DNA of 64,000 nucleotides from Neoconidiobolus thromboides FSU 785. Lineage: Eukaryota > Fungi > Entomophthoromycota. A program made the position numbers and the translations under genes. A model generated the notes under the pieces. That model saw only the letters and a list, made by a program, of their open reading frames with translations. It was not told the DNA's origin and searched no databases. Positions 24,562 to 37,657 of this stretch are shown piece by piece (position 1 is the stretch's first letter; each line of letters opens with the position of its first letter). The DNA is taken from assembly GCA_025603075.1 (NCBI GenBank), contig MU626274.1, positions 1 to 64,000 of the forward strand. The letters are read 5' to 3'.

Positions 24562-27500
24562 ATGTCATCATCCCAAAAAGCAGCGGTCTTAGACCCTGAA
24601 CATATTGGACTTCACTGCGAAATTAACTTTGAGAACACGTTGAAACAGAGAGTCAAAGAGCTACTAAAGCCAAAAAACGATTTGTAAAATTAATATACTT
24701 TAATCAATTTTTACTGACAGTATTTTGATTAAGGTTTCCAGGAAGTGAACCTATAAATTTCAATTCAAGTCACCTCGAACTACTTTGTAATGAAGATTAT
24801 TATGTTTGTGAAAAAAGTGATGGTGTAAGGTATCTTCTTTTAAGCACTCATACTAAAGAAGGGCCATCTTGCTTTTTGGTAAACAAAATTATTTACAATT
24901 TATTAAAAATTAATAAGTCTAGATAAACAAAAGGAATTCTTATCAATACATAAGTTCGCTTATGCTACCATGCCGTGAAAATTTGACTACATTTCAACAT
25001 GAATCACTTTTAGATGGTGAGCTTGTTATTGATGAAGATAAAGTAACTGGGAAGGTAAAGCATTTAAATTCAACCAAATAATCATCTAACATAATGTTTT
25101 AGAAATCAGCTCACTTTTTAGCATTTGATTTGATGGTTTATAACACGAATCTCATAACACATCGCTCTTTCGCTACTAGATTAGGAGTAATTTGTTTTAT
25201 AAATAGCTTTTTATATTTAATTTTTTCAAGATGTTACAACAAGAGATAATTGCTCCTTTAGATAAATTCTTAAATTCAAATCCAGAAATATCAAAAAAAC
25301 AGCCATTTAGGTACATTGTTTAATTATTTTTTATTTCGTCTTATTAAGTTTTCTAGTATCAAATTAAAAAAAATGGAACGTTCTTATGGATTAAGTGTAG
25401 TATTATCGAATATCCCAAACTTAAAACATCCTAGTGATGGATTAATATTTACACCAGTTGGGCTCCCATATAAAAGCGGGGTTTGTAGCAAGTTGTAAGA
25501 ATCTGTTTATTTGCAAAATATCCTTTATTTAATATTTTAGGCTTAAATGGAAGCCACTCGAAAAATTAACCGTGGATTTTCGAATCCAAGTCACTTATAA
25601 TATGGATAGAAAGCCAGTATATAACCTCCAGGTAATGCACAATGGTAGTTTAAAGGTTATATCACCCTTACAACTGTCTCCAGATCAATATGCAAAGTAA
25701 CATATATAATTTATAGTTATTTTAATCATTAATTGTTTCTAAGGTGGAGGTTATCTCCCCCAGAAGGAAAGATAGCGGAATTCAGGTAATATATTTTATA
25801 AAAGTATTATCAAATACTTTAATTTTTAGGTGGGACCCAAATTGGAGAGTCATGGTGATAGAAAAAGGTTATGCTCCACAAACAGTAGTTGGGGGATGGG
25901 TGTAAGCGTTAAACATTTTACACACAAAAGTATCATTAATCTAGTTTCCAGTTTCATAAAATTTCGTTTAGATAAGAATATACCTAATAATGAACAAACG
26001 ATCAGGGAAATTCTTAAAATAATTGAAAATGGAGTTTCTAGAGAAAAGGTAAATATTTGAGTTAAAAGTTTACTTGTTTTAATTTTTTTCAAGTTAGAAC
26101 AATCAATTGAAAAGATCAGATCTCAGTGGAAAGAGAGGGAAAGGTTGTCAATTGGACAAGGGTCATATTATGGGTAAGCCTTTATAAATACAATAGTTAT
26201 GAATCTAAAATAATTAGCCGAAATGATAATCTTGACTTGAAACGTAATACTCCAGCAAAATCTTTAACTGTAAGGATAAATGACATTAAATCAGAAGATA
26301 AAGATCATAGCGTCAATAGTCAAGAAGATGCAAAAACTCCAACAAGTGGAGCTAAAATATTAGATTCATTAAAGGAGTCACCTAGTCCTACGATAAAAAA
26401 CGAAAAGGATGTAAATGAAAAAGATTTATTTAAAATTCCAATCGGTAGTAAAGTTGATACAGCGGAGAAACCAAACGAAGAAGAAAACAGAAATTTGTCC
26501 GACTTTAGTAACTTAAAGCAATCGCCCAATACTGATAAAAATTTAATATTGATTGAAAATTCCAATAAGAAAGCAAGTTCTTTAAATGGTACTCAAATGG
26601 AACTTTTGGATAGTAAAAATCCATCAATAAATTCAAAAGAAGCTTCAAAAAGAGCCTATTCAGTCCCAAATATTAATACAAAAAACTCATTCATACCACA
26701 AAAACGGCGAATGCTTTCTGGATCAGACTTTAGTACTCTAAACAGTGTTTCTTTAAAATCCATAGAAGAAGTGTATGAAAATAATAATGGTTTGATTTCC
26801 GGAGATAGCATTAGGGCTGAAGGATTGGATCTGGTTAGAAGGGAAGGATTTTTAAGTCATATACCAGAAAATCAAAATCAAGAAGATCATAAATCTGATG
26901 GTGTTAATAGGTTGGAAACGATTGGACAAGAACCTAAAAGTATGGATAGTAGCTTAGTGGATGACGCAGATTTTAATAGGATAGAGAATTTTGAAATCAA
27001 ATATGACCAAGCTCCAGAAGCAAAAAACAAAAATAGTGTGAATGAACATGATGGCGTAAACACAATGAAGCATGAAGATCAAACGTATATTGGTATTGAT
27101 AATTATAATTCAAAGGATACAATGAAAAATAGTAATATAATACTGAGCGCAGATAACTGTGAAAACAATACCAAGTTTGAAGATAATGAGATAAAGGACG
27201 TGATTATCAACAATAATATTGGGGATATTGATATTAAAAATAGATTACTGACAAAAACTAATTCAAATAATAAAAATGATTTAGAAGAAAATCCCGTATT
27301 AGAAGCTACCACAAAGGATCTTGGTTATAAAGATCAGGATCCTAAAGAATCAAGAGACTGTAACGATCTGGAAGAAATTAAAAATGATGTCCAAAACCAG
27401 AATGAGGATCTTACAAAGCCAAGTAATCTTAATACACTAGCAGCAGTTATGAAAAGCGCTCATGACCAAGCTAATAGTATCAAAGAATCGACTAATCTTT

Positions 27501-29254
27501 ATGCAGTAAAAGCTACTGAAAATGGAGACCTTGAAAATTCAAGCAATGTCCGTGAATTAGCAGCAACTACAAAGGATGTTAATAATCAGAATCAGGATCT
27601 TGCAAACCCAAGTACTGCCCAAATAGGACACCGTGGCAACACTGATATAATTAATAAAAGTCAAGGGTATTCAAGTACTAATAAAAGTGCAAAGGCTAGT
27701 AATATTTTTATGTTGATGTCAAGTAACGATTTTAGTCCACTTCCCAAAGTAGCAGAGGTTTCAAATATTCCAGCTTCAACTACCTCAAGATTTGTACAAG
27801 AAAAACAAGCAAATAGTGAAAATAAAGTAATGGTTGAGGACATAAAACGATCAGATAGAACATCATTAAATAATCACCCAAATAATATGGCAAGTAATGG
27901 TATTCTAGGATCAGAAAACTCGGCTAAGAATATAAGCAAACTTGGTGATGGAAATGACAGACCTTCTAAAAAAGGACGTTCTAACAAGAACAATAACCCA
28001 TCGTTTGGGATATTCAAAAATGAAAAAACGCCAAATATGTTACAAACTCAAAATAAGGATCTGCCTTATGAAAACAAAGAACCTTTGAAACATATAAAGG
28101 ACAAATTCAACTCTACTTCAGATACTAAGGTAAACATTCTTCCTAAAATTCCGGATAATCCAAATGTGACTCAAGATTCTAAAGTACAACCGAGTTTTCC
28201 ATCGCATCATGGGATTCAAGATGGGCGTACATATTATCGTCCACTTGCATTAATACCTCCTCGCGCTCTTGAACCGCAAACAAACTCTCAATCTTCTCTA
28301 AATTTGCACGATATCCCAGCTGAACAGTCGCATTTCAGACAGTCAAGCTTTACTGAATTAAATGTTCGTCCTTCTCAAAATCCGCATGATATCCCAACCG
28401 AGCAACCACGGTTTAGGCAGTCAAGTTTTGCTGAGTTGAGTGCCCGTTCTTCTCAAAATTTGAGTAGTATTCCAACTGAGCAATCACACTTTAGACAGCC
28501 AAGTTTTCCTGAATTGAATCCCCAAACATCACAGAACTTAAGTAGTATTTCGAATGAACAACCACGTCTAAGGCAGCCAAGCATCACTAAACAGAATGTA
28601 CGAGGTGGATATGTTTATCCAAATTTCCCACGCGGGGTACAAGTGATACCAAACGTATCACAAGCAGGACAACAAGTGGTGTATTCTGATGCATTACATA
28701 GAAGAGGAAGCGTAGGGGTTAGGATGGTTTCAATCCAAAGACCAATTCCAATTCCAAGAGTTCAAGAAGTTTTATCGTCCCATCAAACTGCGGTTCAAAA
28801 CAATCATCTTGCACACTTAGGGTTTGTACGTAGAGCAAGTCATTCCCAGCATATTTTTAGGCCTTTAAACATGGATAATATGATTCACTATATGCCTTCA
28901 AGTTTAGCTCATAGTACAATGGCTAGCGTTAGGCCAACACCCTCAACATTTAATATTAGGAGTCATGTACCAAGCCCAAATCCCAACCTTTCTGAGCCTT
29001 CATTTCATGTTCAACCTCAAGTACCATTCTATTCTCCTCAATTACCAGATTATAATCAAAACCAGGGTCAAGTTTATGCAAATAACCAAAGTTATTTTCA
29101 AAGAACATTTCAATCAGAGGATGTAGATCAAACCCAAGAACAAATCCAAACTCAGCCTATAATTCAACAAGAACCTTCAAAAAGTACGCCTGATCATAAA
29201 CCTAAACCTGCACCAAGGCAGTCTAAGGGTATGTTAGACTTTATTATGAATTAA
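24562..29254 (+). CDS. CEG1: mRNA capping enzyme guanylyltransferase with a spliced ~1010-aa low-complexity C-terminal extension (short form stops at 26177)
   Basis: FPGSEP, motif I KSDG, LLDGELV, FLAFD, DGLIF, LKWKP, FRLDK..PN. Intron 26174-26217 joins the core in frame to ORF 26126-29254. Confidence 0.88.
28304..28590 (+). repeat. Four tandem 78-bp (26-aa) coding repeats
   Basis: HDIPAEQSHFRQSSFTELNVRPSQNP / HDIPTEQPRFRQSSFAELSARSSQNL / SSIPTEQSHFRQPSFPELNPQTSQNL / SSISNEQPRLRQPSI. Confidence 0.85.
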
Positions 29255-29930
29255 TCCATTTAAATTTCCAGCTTAATATTATAAGAAATATAAAATGCTA
29301 TTTTAATATCACTTAACTTAATTAAATTGCTAAGAATCCAAAATTTTCTCAAAATAAAGATTATTTATTTTAACAAATTTAACTTCATACATGTGAACAG
29401 CAATATATTTAGTTATTAATTTATTTATTAATTCAAAGTATTGTCATATAACAGATAATAGTTTTCAATAGGACTATAGGACAAAATGGTATTTTATTAT
29501 AATGATAAATATAATAAAAACTGAAGGTTTTGGCAGTTCAAATGTAAATATATGAATAGTGCAACTGGTGTTTAAAGTGTCTCTAGCTTTTAATGTTCTT
29601 AGGATGTGATATTTAATCCTTCACTAATTTACTTACAAATATAAAACTTTTATTAAAATTCATATAAATAATACGGTTGTTATTTATGTAGCTTGGCTTA
29701 TATATTAAATCTTGCTATAATAAGTAAATCTTTATTTTAATATTAATATTGTTTTTTTATAAATGAAAGAGTTTAATTATAAAAAAATGTTGTTTTAGAA
29801 TTTAATTAAACATACTTAGTATGGTAAATATTAGCTTACTAAAAGTAGCGAAATTTAACCTGATCAAATACAAACATAATAATTTGATATGTATTAAAAC
29901 TGTTTAATTGAAACTAACTACTTTTATGCA

Positions 29931-30836
29931 TTACCAACATTTGATGCTTTTATAAAACATCTTTACTTCTTTTGCAATACCAGTGTGTAATATTAAAAGT
30001 AAGGACGAATTGGCTAAGATTCCAATAACAAATAATATTTGCCCAACTTGATTAATAATAACAATTGTTTGGTTTAATTCTCCCCAACTATAATGAAGTG
30101 AACTTTCTAAAAGATGAAATAAAACTGATCCCGACATACAAACAACATATACTACTAATATAATATATAATCTAATTGTAGCTGAATTTAAACTGGAAAT
30201 CCTATTATCTTTTCCTGACGTTGGAACTGAGCTTATTTCAATTTGAATAAAATCTTTCATATATGTAATATTCCTGGCTAATTTATAATAACAGAATGAT
30301 ACTATTAAAACTCCAATAAAAAAACTTAATACTAAATAATGATATGTAATTGAACCAATGATGGAATCAGTTACAGATAACATGCAAATTAAATCTGAAG
30401 AAGCAGGTGCCATTAAATTTTGAGTAGCACAGTAAAGTATTAGCAATATAAAAGATATAGCATTTATATGTAAAGGTAAAAAGATGTATTTTGGTAGTTT
30501 AATTTTGAGCACTTTACACAACCTTTCTGCAGCTAAAAACACATTCAATTGAACTTCAAAATAATACACAGCATTAATCAAAAATCCGAGGATTTGGCAT
30601 CCTAAAGTGATATGAATCAGACGTTGTTTAGTCACAGAATAGTAAATATAATCGATCAATACTACTATTGGAACAAAGTACTCTGCTGCTGCTACTGCAA
30701 TAATTAACTTTAAATCCCTTGTTATTGGTTTGATGCGTAAAGCAAAGTAGATTAAAAACATATTTATAAATATAGTGACAAACATTAGAGCTATAGTAAG
30801 GTAATGGAAATAATTATATGAACCCTGAGTTTCCAT
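29931..30836 (-). CDS. Intronless class-A-GPCR-like 7TM protein (301 aa)
   Basis: Seven hydrophobic segments, Cys at top of TM3 (LGCQI), ERL at the DRY position, ECL2 Cys (LICML), TM7 ANSSLL. Confidence 0.8.
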   Translation of the reverse strand: METQGSYNYFHYLTIALMFVTIFINMFLIYFALRIKPITRDLKLIIAVAAAEYFVPIVVLIDYIYYSVTKQRLIHITLGCQILGFLINAVYYFEVQLNVFLAAERLCKVLKIKLPKYIFLPLHINAISFILLILYCATQNLMAPASSDLICMLSVTDSIIGSITYHYLVLSFFIGVLIVSFCYYKLARNITYMKDFIQIEISSVPTSGKDNRISSLNSATIRLYIILVVYVVCMSGSVLFHLLESSLHYSWGELNQTIVIINQVGQILFVIGILANSSLLLILHTGIAKEVKMFYKSIKCW

Positions 30837-31745
30837 TTTGAATATAATTAACTTTAAGGAAAAGAGTAGATATCAAAAACAAAATATTTTACCATTAAAT
30901 ATGATTAAATTGAGAATAGGCCATGCTATTTATGGTGAATATACATGTCATTCCAATGCTAAAAAGTATATTCCTGAGTTTAAATTTAAACCTTGAGACC
31001 TAAAACAAATAAATAATTACACTCTCTAATATATTGTTTTTTTAATATAACCCATTTTTTTACTGTATTTGTCTTTAATTTTTTAAATAAATCAAAATTA
31101 ATGAATTTTAAACTTGTTTATTATTATTTTAGTAAATTCAACCTTTTAATTCGAGCAAATATAGTATAAATTTGTTTTTTGAATATATTTCAAAATCTGT
31201 TCTCAATCATAAGTCAGAAAACTATTTTATTGACATTACAACCATTCTAAGGTAGATATTTGACTAAAGTTAATAATAAGTTTATCCGGTAAGATCTAAA
31301 AAATGAAAAAGGATGAAGCAAATAAAGATATAACTATGGCTCCCTCAATCATTTGTTATAATGAAATATATAAAAATAAATCCTAGAACTATAAAAATGT
31401 AGTATGTTGTGAACTCTATTAATTTAGATTAACTTTAACTGAAATAAATAAAGTATAATCTCTTTTTTTATAGGAAATTTAATTTATGAAGTTTAGTTTA
31501 AAACAAAATAAGTATAAGTTATTAGTTGATTTATGACTTAGAATAATATATTATTTTATAGTTTATATATTCTATAATCTGTTTTAAATTTATATCATTA
31601 AATTAATATATAATTATGGTGTTAAGTTGTGTAACCCAGTCATTGTCTAGTAAACCGCTTTTAATCCTTATTTTAAAATTTATTTTATAAAGAACAATAG
31701 ATGACTATTTTTTGAAATACTAATTAGATTAAAATAATTACATAT

Positions 31746-31841
31746 GGGGATGTATTTTTTTGTTTAAGGATTTCACTAGTAATTTTTCTACACAAATAGC
31801 GCTTAAAAATAGAAAAAGCGATGAAACTAAAAAACATTCCC
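31746..31841 (+). mobile_element. MITE copy 5
   Basis: Family TIRs and core, ATAT/ATAT flanks. Confidence 0.88.
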
Positions 31842-32300
31842 ATATGATAATTACTTCAATATTACTATTAATCTTAGAACTATATAAGTCAAATCTTCAA
31901 AATTCTTTTATTTAAAATTATAAGTTATATATTAAAAAAATTATCAAGTTCTATATTGATCATTTTATAGCAATCATATTTTTAAAAAACAAAAAGATAC
32001 CTGATATTACGTATTATTAGTTTAATATAAGCTTAAAAATATTGATATTAATAAATATAAATATGCTTTTTATTAGAGTTGTTAAAAACCAAATGAAATA
32101 GAGAATATTGTCTTTTATTTTGTATGGTTGCACCATATTTAAACCACAAAAAATTGATTAAATAGTTATATTGTTTTTTCTATTCAAACATATTATTTGA
32201 AATAAAACTAAATGTATTCAAATGCTTTTCAATTACTACTTATAAACTCAAAACTGAAAAAATTGAGAATAATAAAATAGCTGGTAACGAAAAACTATAT

Positions 32301-32393
32301 AGAGATGTATTTTTAAGAATTTTACTAAAAAATCTTTCCACTCAAATAGCACTTAAAAAATGGAAAAAGTGATGAGACTAAAAAAACATTCCC
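32301..32393 (+). mobile_element. MITE copy 6
   Basis: Family core, AGAG left end, ATAT/ATAT flanks. Confidence 0.85.
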
Positions 32394-33044
32394 ATATGAT
32401 AAAATTACATTATCTCTTTTTTATAAGTATAAGTATCTTAAGTTTATTTTTTGTAAGCAAAGTAACTTTAGATTAGCGAATTGTGTCAAATACTTATGAT
32501 TAAGCTAAAACTTTTAAATAACTCATTATAGAATAAATGTTATAAAACTATCATCATATTATTTCTATAAAAATTTATAACATCTGTTAATTAAAAAATT
32601 ATAGTTAAATATAATATGATCTTTTAATAAAATACTAGTTAACTAGTGTAAATGTGAGATAGGGTTTTGTATTTGATCATGATTAATTATATGTTATAGT
32701 AAAGAATGCTCTAAGCTACAAAGTTATGATCATACCATACTTTAAATAACTTGTACTAAACTAAGTCTAATAGAAATATCGATGTAAATATGATATTAGC
32801 CATCAAAAAATGAGCATGTAATTATAGCCTTATTCAAAAATACTAGAATATATAAAGCTCTATGAAATATTAAGCTATACTTCATAAATTGAAAAGATTA
32901 TTATATAATTTATTTATATTGAATAGTCATTGTGTACACCAACAGCATTAAAAGCCATATTAGGAAATAACGATAAACGCCAAATTTTCGTGGCTTTAGA
33001 TAAATCAGCCTTTGGTTTATTTCTCATTTAACATTGAAATATAT

Positions 33045-33142
33045 GGGAATGTATTTTTGTGTTTAAGAATTTTACTAACAATTTTTTCGCTCAAATAGGG
33101 CTTAAAAAATGGAAAAAGCAATGAAACCAAAAAAATATCACC
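33045..33142 (+). mobile_element. MITE copy 7
   Basis: Family core, ATAT/ATAT flanks. Confidence 0.85.
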
Positions 33143-33287
33143 ATATCCTAACATTTTAGAGGGTACGATGTAGTTAAATATCTAAAGGGGTGTTGTAAGT
33201 AGAAATTTGATAAACTCATGGTTGGCCTCTATCGTGAAACTAAAGGGTGTATAATGGAGTGCAAAAAAGGATTAAGGAGTTATTGTC

Positions 33288-33674
33288 ATGAAGTTTGCTT
33301 CTGTTTGTTCTAAAGATTATGCCATAGAATTGTTAAATACCGTAATAGCACATCATATTGTTGAAGTTGGTGAGTGCGTTAAGTGAGTTATTTTTTCTGA
33401 TAGAACTAGTTTCTGTTTTTTAATGATCAACTAATAACCGAAATTAGGTCCTGAGTGTATCAATGGAGAAGGAATAGCAAAGGTCCTTAGCAAAGATTTA
33501 GATACTGATTACAAGTATCAAAACGCATTTCTTCGGGAGATCAAAGAGTGCTTGATGAAGAACAAAGATGTAAAAGAAACCTCCATTGAGGTTGCCCTTG
33601 ATTGCTACGATTTTGTGGGTCAAAATAGAATTCACTTAATCCCGAAGCGAGGGCTTGAAAAAGGCATTAGGTAA
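33288..33674 (+). CDS. Possible small 2-exon gene (102 aa) or TE/gene relic, not in the ORF track
   Basis: ATG 33288, GTGAGT donor at 33370, ACTAAT branch-like site, TTAG acceptor at 33447; the splice keeps the frame open to TAA 33674. No family recognised. Confidence 0.25.
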
Positions 33675-33959
33675 AGACAAAATGCTCATGGCTATTGAAG
33701 TTTTTTTAAAGAAAATTTGAGGCATTTCAAATCCCAATGATTTGCTATCTACTAAACTCTTTGGACTCGATGCTCTTATCATATTTATATGTTTTAAAAT
33801 ATTTATATTTAACTAAATAAAGTTACTCCTATTTCAATGCTTTGACTAATTATATTTAAAACTATTAGTTTATATAAATATATAGGCGCTCTTTTTAAAA
33901 AAGTGGTTTTTTTTAAACCCAGAGACTGTAGGTCTATATGTTTTACTAGTTAATAACTG

Positions 33960-34960
33960 TGTGGAGATAAGATGTTAAAGTGAGACAAAGTCAAAGAGTG
34001 ATTGGCTTTCACAAAAGTGAGTAAAAGCTGTTACCATAGATTTTCCAAATCCACTAACAAAAAAAGGAATTAAAGCTTTTATAGTGTCCTTTTTGTATGC
34101 AAGTCGTGCGATAGAGGGATGAAGTCCGTTGAAGTAGAAGTTTCAGCAGTCTGGAAAGAGATTAGTGGGAGCAATAAAGTTTGGATGGGACAATAACTTG
34201 TTATGGGAGGGGGGGTGAAAAAGAAAATAGAGCATACCATTATAGCAATATAAGTTTTTATACTTGGGATTTCTGTAAGAAGTGGTGCAATATCCCTCTA
34301 TGATGGAGAGTTGCGGAGGAAATTTTTAAGGAAAGGAATCCCAGATCAAGGTCCATAGTGAAGATGCAAATGGGAAGGAAGTAAACTTATAACTAATATT
34401 TGCCTCTTTTGAAAGACATAACGTGCAGGAGTCAGATAATAATGGGAACGAATGAATTCGCCTGGTTTCTGACATATAAACACCATTACATTCTAATCAG
34501 ATATAGGATTTCAATCTGAGGAAGAATCAAGGATTGGTTATGATAGACGAGAGAAATCTACTCACGCGATAATTAGGTGAAGTCAATATTTTATATAGAT
34601 CTTTGTTAGATGGTTCTCTGATGTTGTTACTAGTGTTATCCTTGGGAAACAAAGGAATGAAATTATTCCCGAAACCTTTCAACATGTAAATAAATGTGGA
34701 AAGTAGGAAAATAAATGGCATGCTCTGCATGGAGCGGTTGGTATTGAAGATAAGAGCTTTATTATGGAGACCAAAAACGTGAGTATCAGTTTTGGATGGG
34801 ATTGCCACGAACCTATAGAGTTAGATTCTGATCCTTTAAGCCATTTGCTCAGTAAACAGCAGTTTGTAAGGGAGATATTAAGGAAACCCATATCTCCTTT
34901 AGTTATGGCTATCGTTTTGATTTGTGTTTTTAGTGACTTTTCTTGTTCAATGTCTTTAAT
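33960..34960 (-). mobile_element. Decayed 3' part of a non-LTR (L1/Tx1-like) retrotransposon ORF2
   Basis: TKGDMGFLNISLTNCCLLSKWL (ORF 34679-34891 plus upstream codons) resembles the post-RT KxGGLGxxDLxxxNxALLxKW block. GC-richer than flanks, broken by stops and frameshifts. Confidence 0.55.
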
Positions 34961-35154
34961 TTAATTTTTAAATGTATATGTACCTAAGTGCTTATCTATC
35001 AGACTATGGTGCATAAATTGGTACTCCAAGGGAAGTACAATTGAAAGAAATTACTTTGAAACGTATAAAATCATAACCAATAGTATTGATTTTTCAGAAA
35101 GAAGAAGCTAATGAAGAGTGTATAGTATGCTTCGATAAGCTCTTTCAAGGATAT

Positions 35155-35253
35155 GGGGATGTATTTTTGTATTTAAGAATTTTACCAACAAAATTTCCGC
35201 TTAAATAGTGCTTAAAAGATAGAAAAAGTAATGAAGCAAAAAAAAAATCCGCC
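35155..35253 (+). mobile_element. MITE copy 8
   Basis: Family TIRs and core, ATAT/ATAT flanks. Confidence 0.87.
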
Positions 35254-35536
35254 ATATAGTAAATTTTGTAAAAAGCCCAAATAACTTTTAACCAAGTAGT
35301 CTTCTCATCTAAAGAGTTAGAAAAAGCCTAATGAAGGAAAATAAAAGAGAGGATGTTTTTTAATAGGCGGATCGTTAACTTAAACTTCCAAAAAATAATT
35401 AAGCTCAAATGTGATGTAAAATGAGCACTTCAGGTTCAAAATATTGAATACACTAGATTTTAATAGCCCAATCAAATCATTAGATGAACAGTTTAATGGA
35501 TAACTTTTTAAAAATGGGTTTAAAATCTTTTATCAA

Positions 35537-36335
35537 ATGACAAATCTAACTAAATTGATGGTACGAAATACACAATAATTCTACAACAACCAACTAAATA
35601 ATATCTTAAAACTAAATAGATAATAGGATTGGGAAATCCAGGATCAAGATATGCTAATACAAGACATAATATAGGATTCAATATTGTTGATAAATTAAGC
35701 CTAGAATTTGGAATGAAATTTCAATATAATAAATACCTTCAATCTCATATATGTAAACGAATAATTAATCTAAATAATAATGAAGTAAACAATGAATCCG
35801 AACTTATTTTATTAAAACCAGAAACTTATATGAATTTAAGTGGAATATCCGTTAAAGCTTCAAGTACTTATTTATTAAATCATTTATTATTTTTAATTTA
35901 CAATTGTATCCAGTGAAATCAGAAAAATTAAACAAAAACCAATTATTAGTTCTTCAAGATGACCTTGAAAGAGACCTAGGTAAATTTTCATTGAAACTAA
36001 AAGGAAGTGCAAAGTAAATATTATATATAATTTTTATAAATGCTATAATTCCTATCTAGTGGCCATAATGGGATTAGTTCTATAATTAAATGCCTTAATG
36101 TAAACGTAAGATCATATCAAGTTATCATTTATGTCCATGTTTATTTATTTAATATAAAAAGGAGTTCGCTAGATTGAGGATTGGTATATCTAGACCTGAA
36201 TCAAGAGATAAAGACGTAATTGCAAACTACGTTCTTGAAAATTTCACTTATCAGGAACGAAAAATCATAGACGAGCAGTTATATCCTAACTTAGTTCATT
36301 ACATCCTTGATTATTTAAAGGGTGTTAAACAATAG
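35537..36335 (+). CDS. PTH1: Peptidyl-tRNA hydrolase (bacterial-type Pth1), multi-exon
   Basis: IIGLGNPG..Y..TRHNIGF, LLKPETYMNLSG, QDDLE, GHNGISS, RLRIGISRP. Confidence 0.92.
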
Positions 36336-36726
36336 AATTCATTTAAAGGTTGTTTGATCTATTCGTATTTGTATTTTTATTTTTATTAATTATTGTTGTA
36401 TGATATTATATGATAGCTAAATTCAAATTTAACTTTAAACTTCACTTGTAAACCATACACGTTGACATAAATATTTAAAGTCTTGAACAACAGTATTATT
36501 TTATTAAGTGTAAAGTTTTTTTAAAAGTAGTGGGGTGTAAAATCTAAAAAAAATTGCATGTGTTATATTGAGAATAATAGATTGGAAAGCAACTGCTAAT
36601 TTTTAGTAAAAATTAATTCTTTATTAAAAAGTTCAAAAAATTAAGTTACTGTTCTAACCAAAAGCCAGTTTGATCATTGAAACTTTACTCTAATTACTCT
36701 TAGGAAAGTTTATAGCTTTACATATT

Positions 36727-36821
36727 CGGGATGTTTTTTGATTTCATTACTTTTTTCATTTTTTAAGCGCTATTTGGGTGGAAAAACTGTTAGTGAAATT
36801 CTTAAACAAAAATGCATCCCT
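36727..36821 (-). mobile_element. MITE copy 9
   Basis: Family core reversed, slightly eroded ends. Confidence 0.82.
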
Positions 36822-36999
36822 AATATTTTAAATAAGTTTCAATCAATAGAACCATAAATTCTTTACAGTAATTGAAAGAAATGATTGAAATTAGTAGAAA
36901 TTACTAAATGAATAGTTATAACAGAGATCTCCCCACTTTAAGCCTGATTTAATAAATTTTATAACGATAAAAATAGATCATAGACTATAAAATTTATAT

Positions 37000-37099
37000 G
37001 GGAGTGTTTTTTTTGACTTCATTATTTTTTCCATTTTTTAAGCACTATTTAAAGCGGAAAAATTGTTAGTAAAATCCTTAAACACAAAAATACATCCCC
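37000..37099 (-). mobile_element. MITE copy 10
   Basis: Family TIRs, ATAT/ATAT flanks. Confidence 0.88.
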
Positions 37100-37657
37100 A
37101 TATAATAATTTTAGTCAACTACCGTTATCGTTATTATTGCTATTATATTATTCAATTATACTTAAACAAAGCTAAAATGAAACGAAATAATTGGATGATG
37201 AATTGAATTTTAGAGTGAAAATTCTAAATTAATAATGGGAATGTTTTTTATCTATTATCCTTTTTTGGTATCTAAAAATTCAAAAAATTAACTAATGTAA
37301 CTACTGTTTAAGTTCGAATATATATTGATAAATGGTGAATTTTATAACCAAACCTCTGTTCTATCGTATTAATCTGATGCTCACTAATTCAATTTTTATT
37401 TTAAAATGAACAGCTAACTAGCACATCATATGAGCTTGAACAGCGTATTGACTAGTTAATTCCCAAAATTTAAAATAGTAAAGGAGGGGACAATTAGTAA
37501 AAAATATTTTGCATATTAAATTTACGTATGAGTTTTGTTACATAAAATTGATCAGTTTAAGATTGAGAATGTAAATCATTACAATTTAAAATAAAAACTC
37601 GTTTGTAATTTATTTTGTTATAAAATAATTTTATATTTTGTATTTACTATATTGAAA

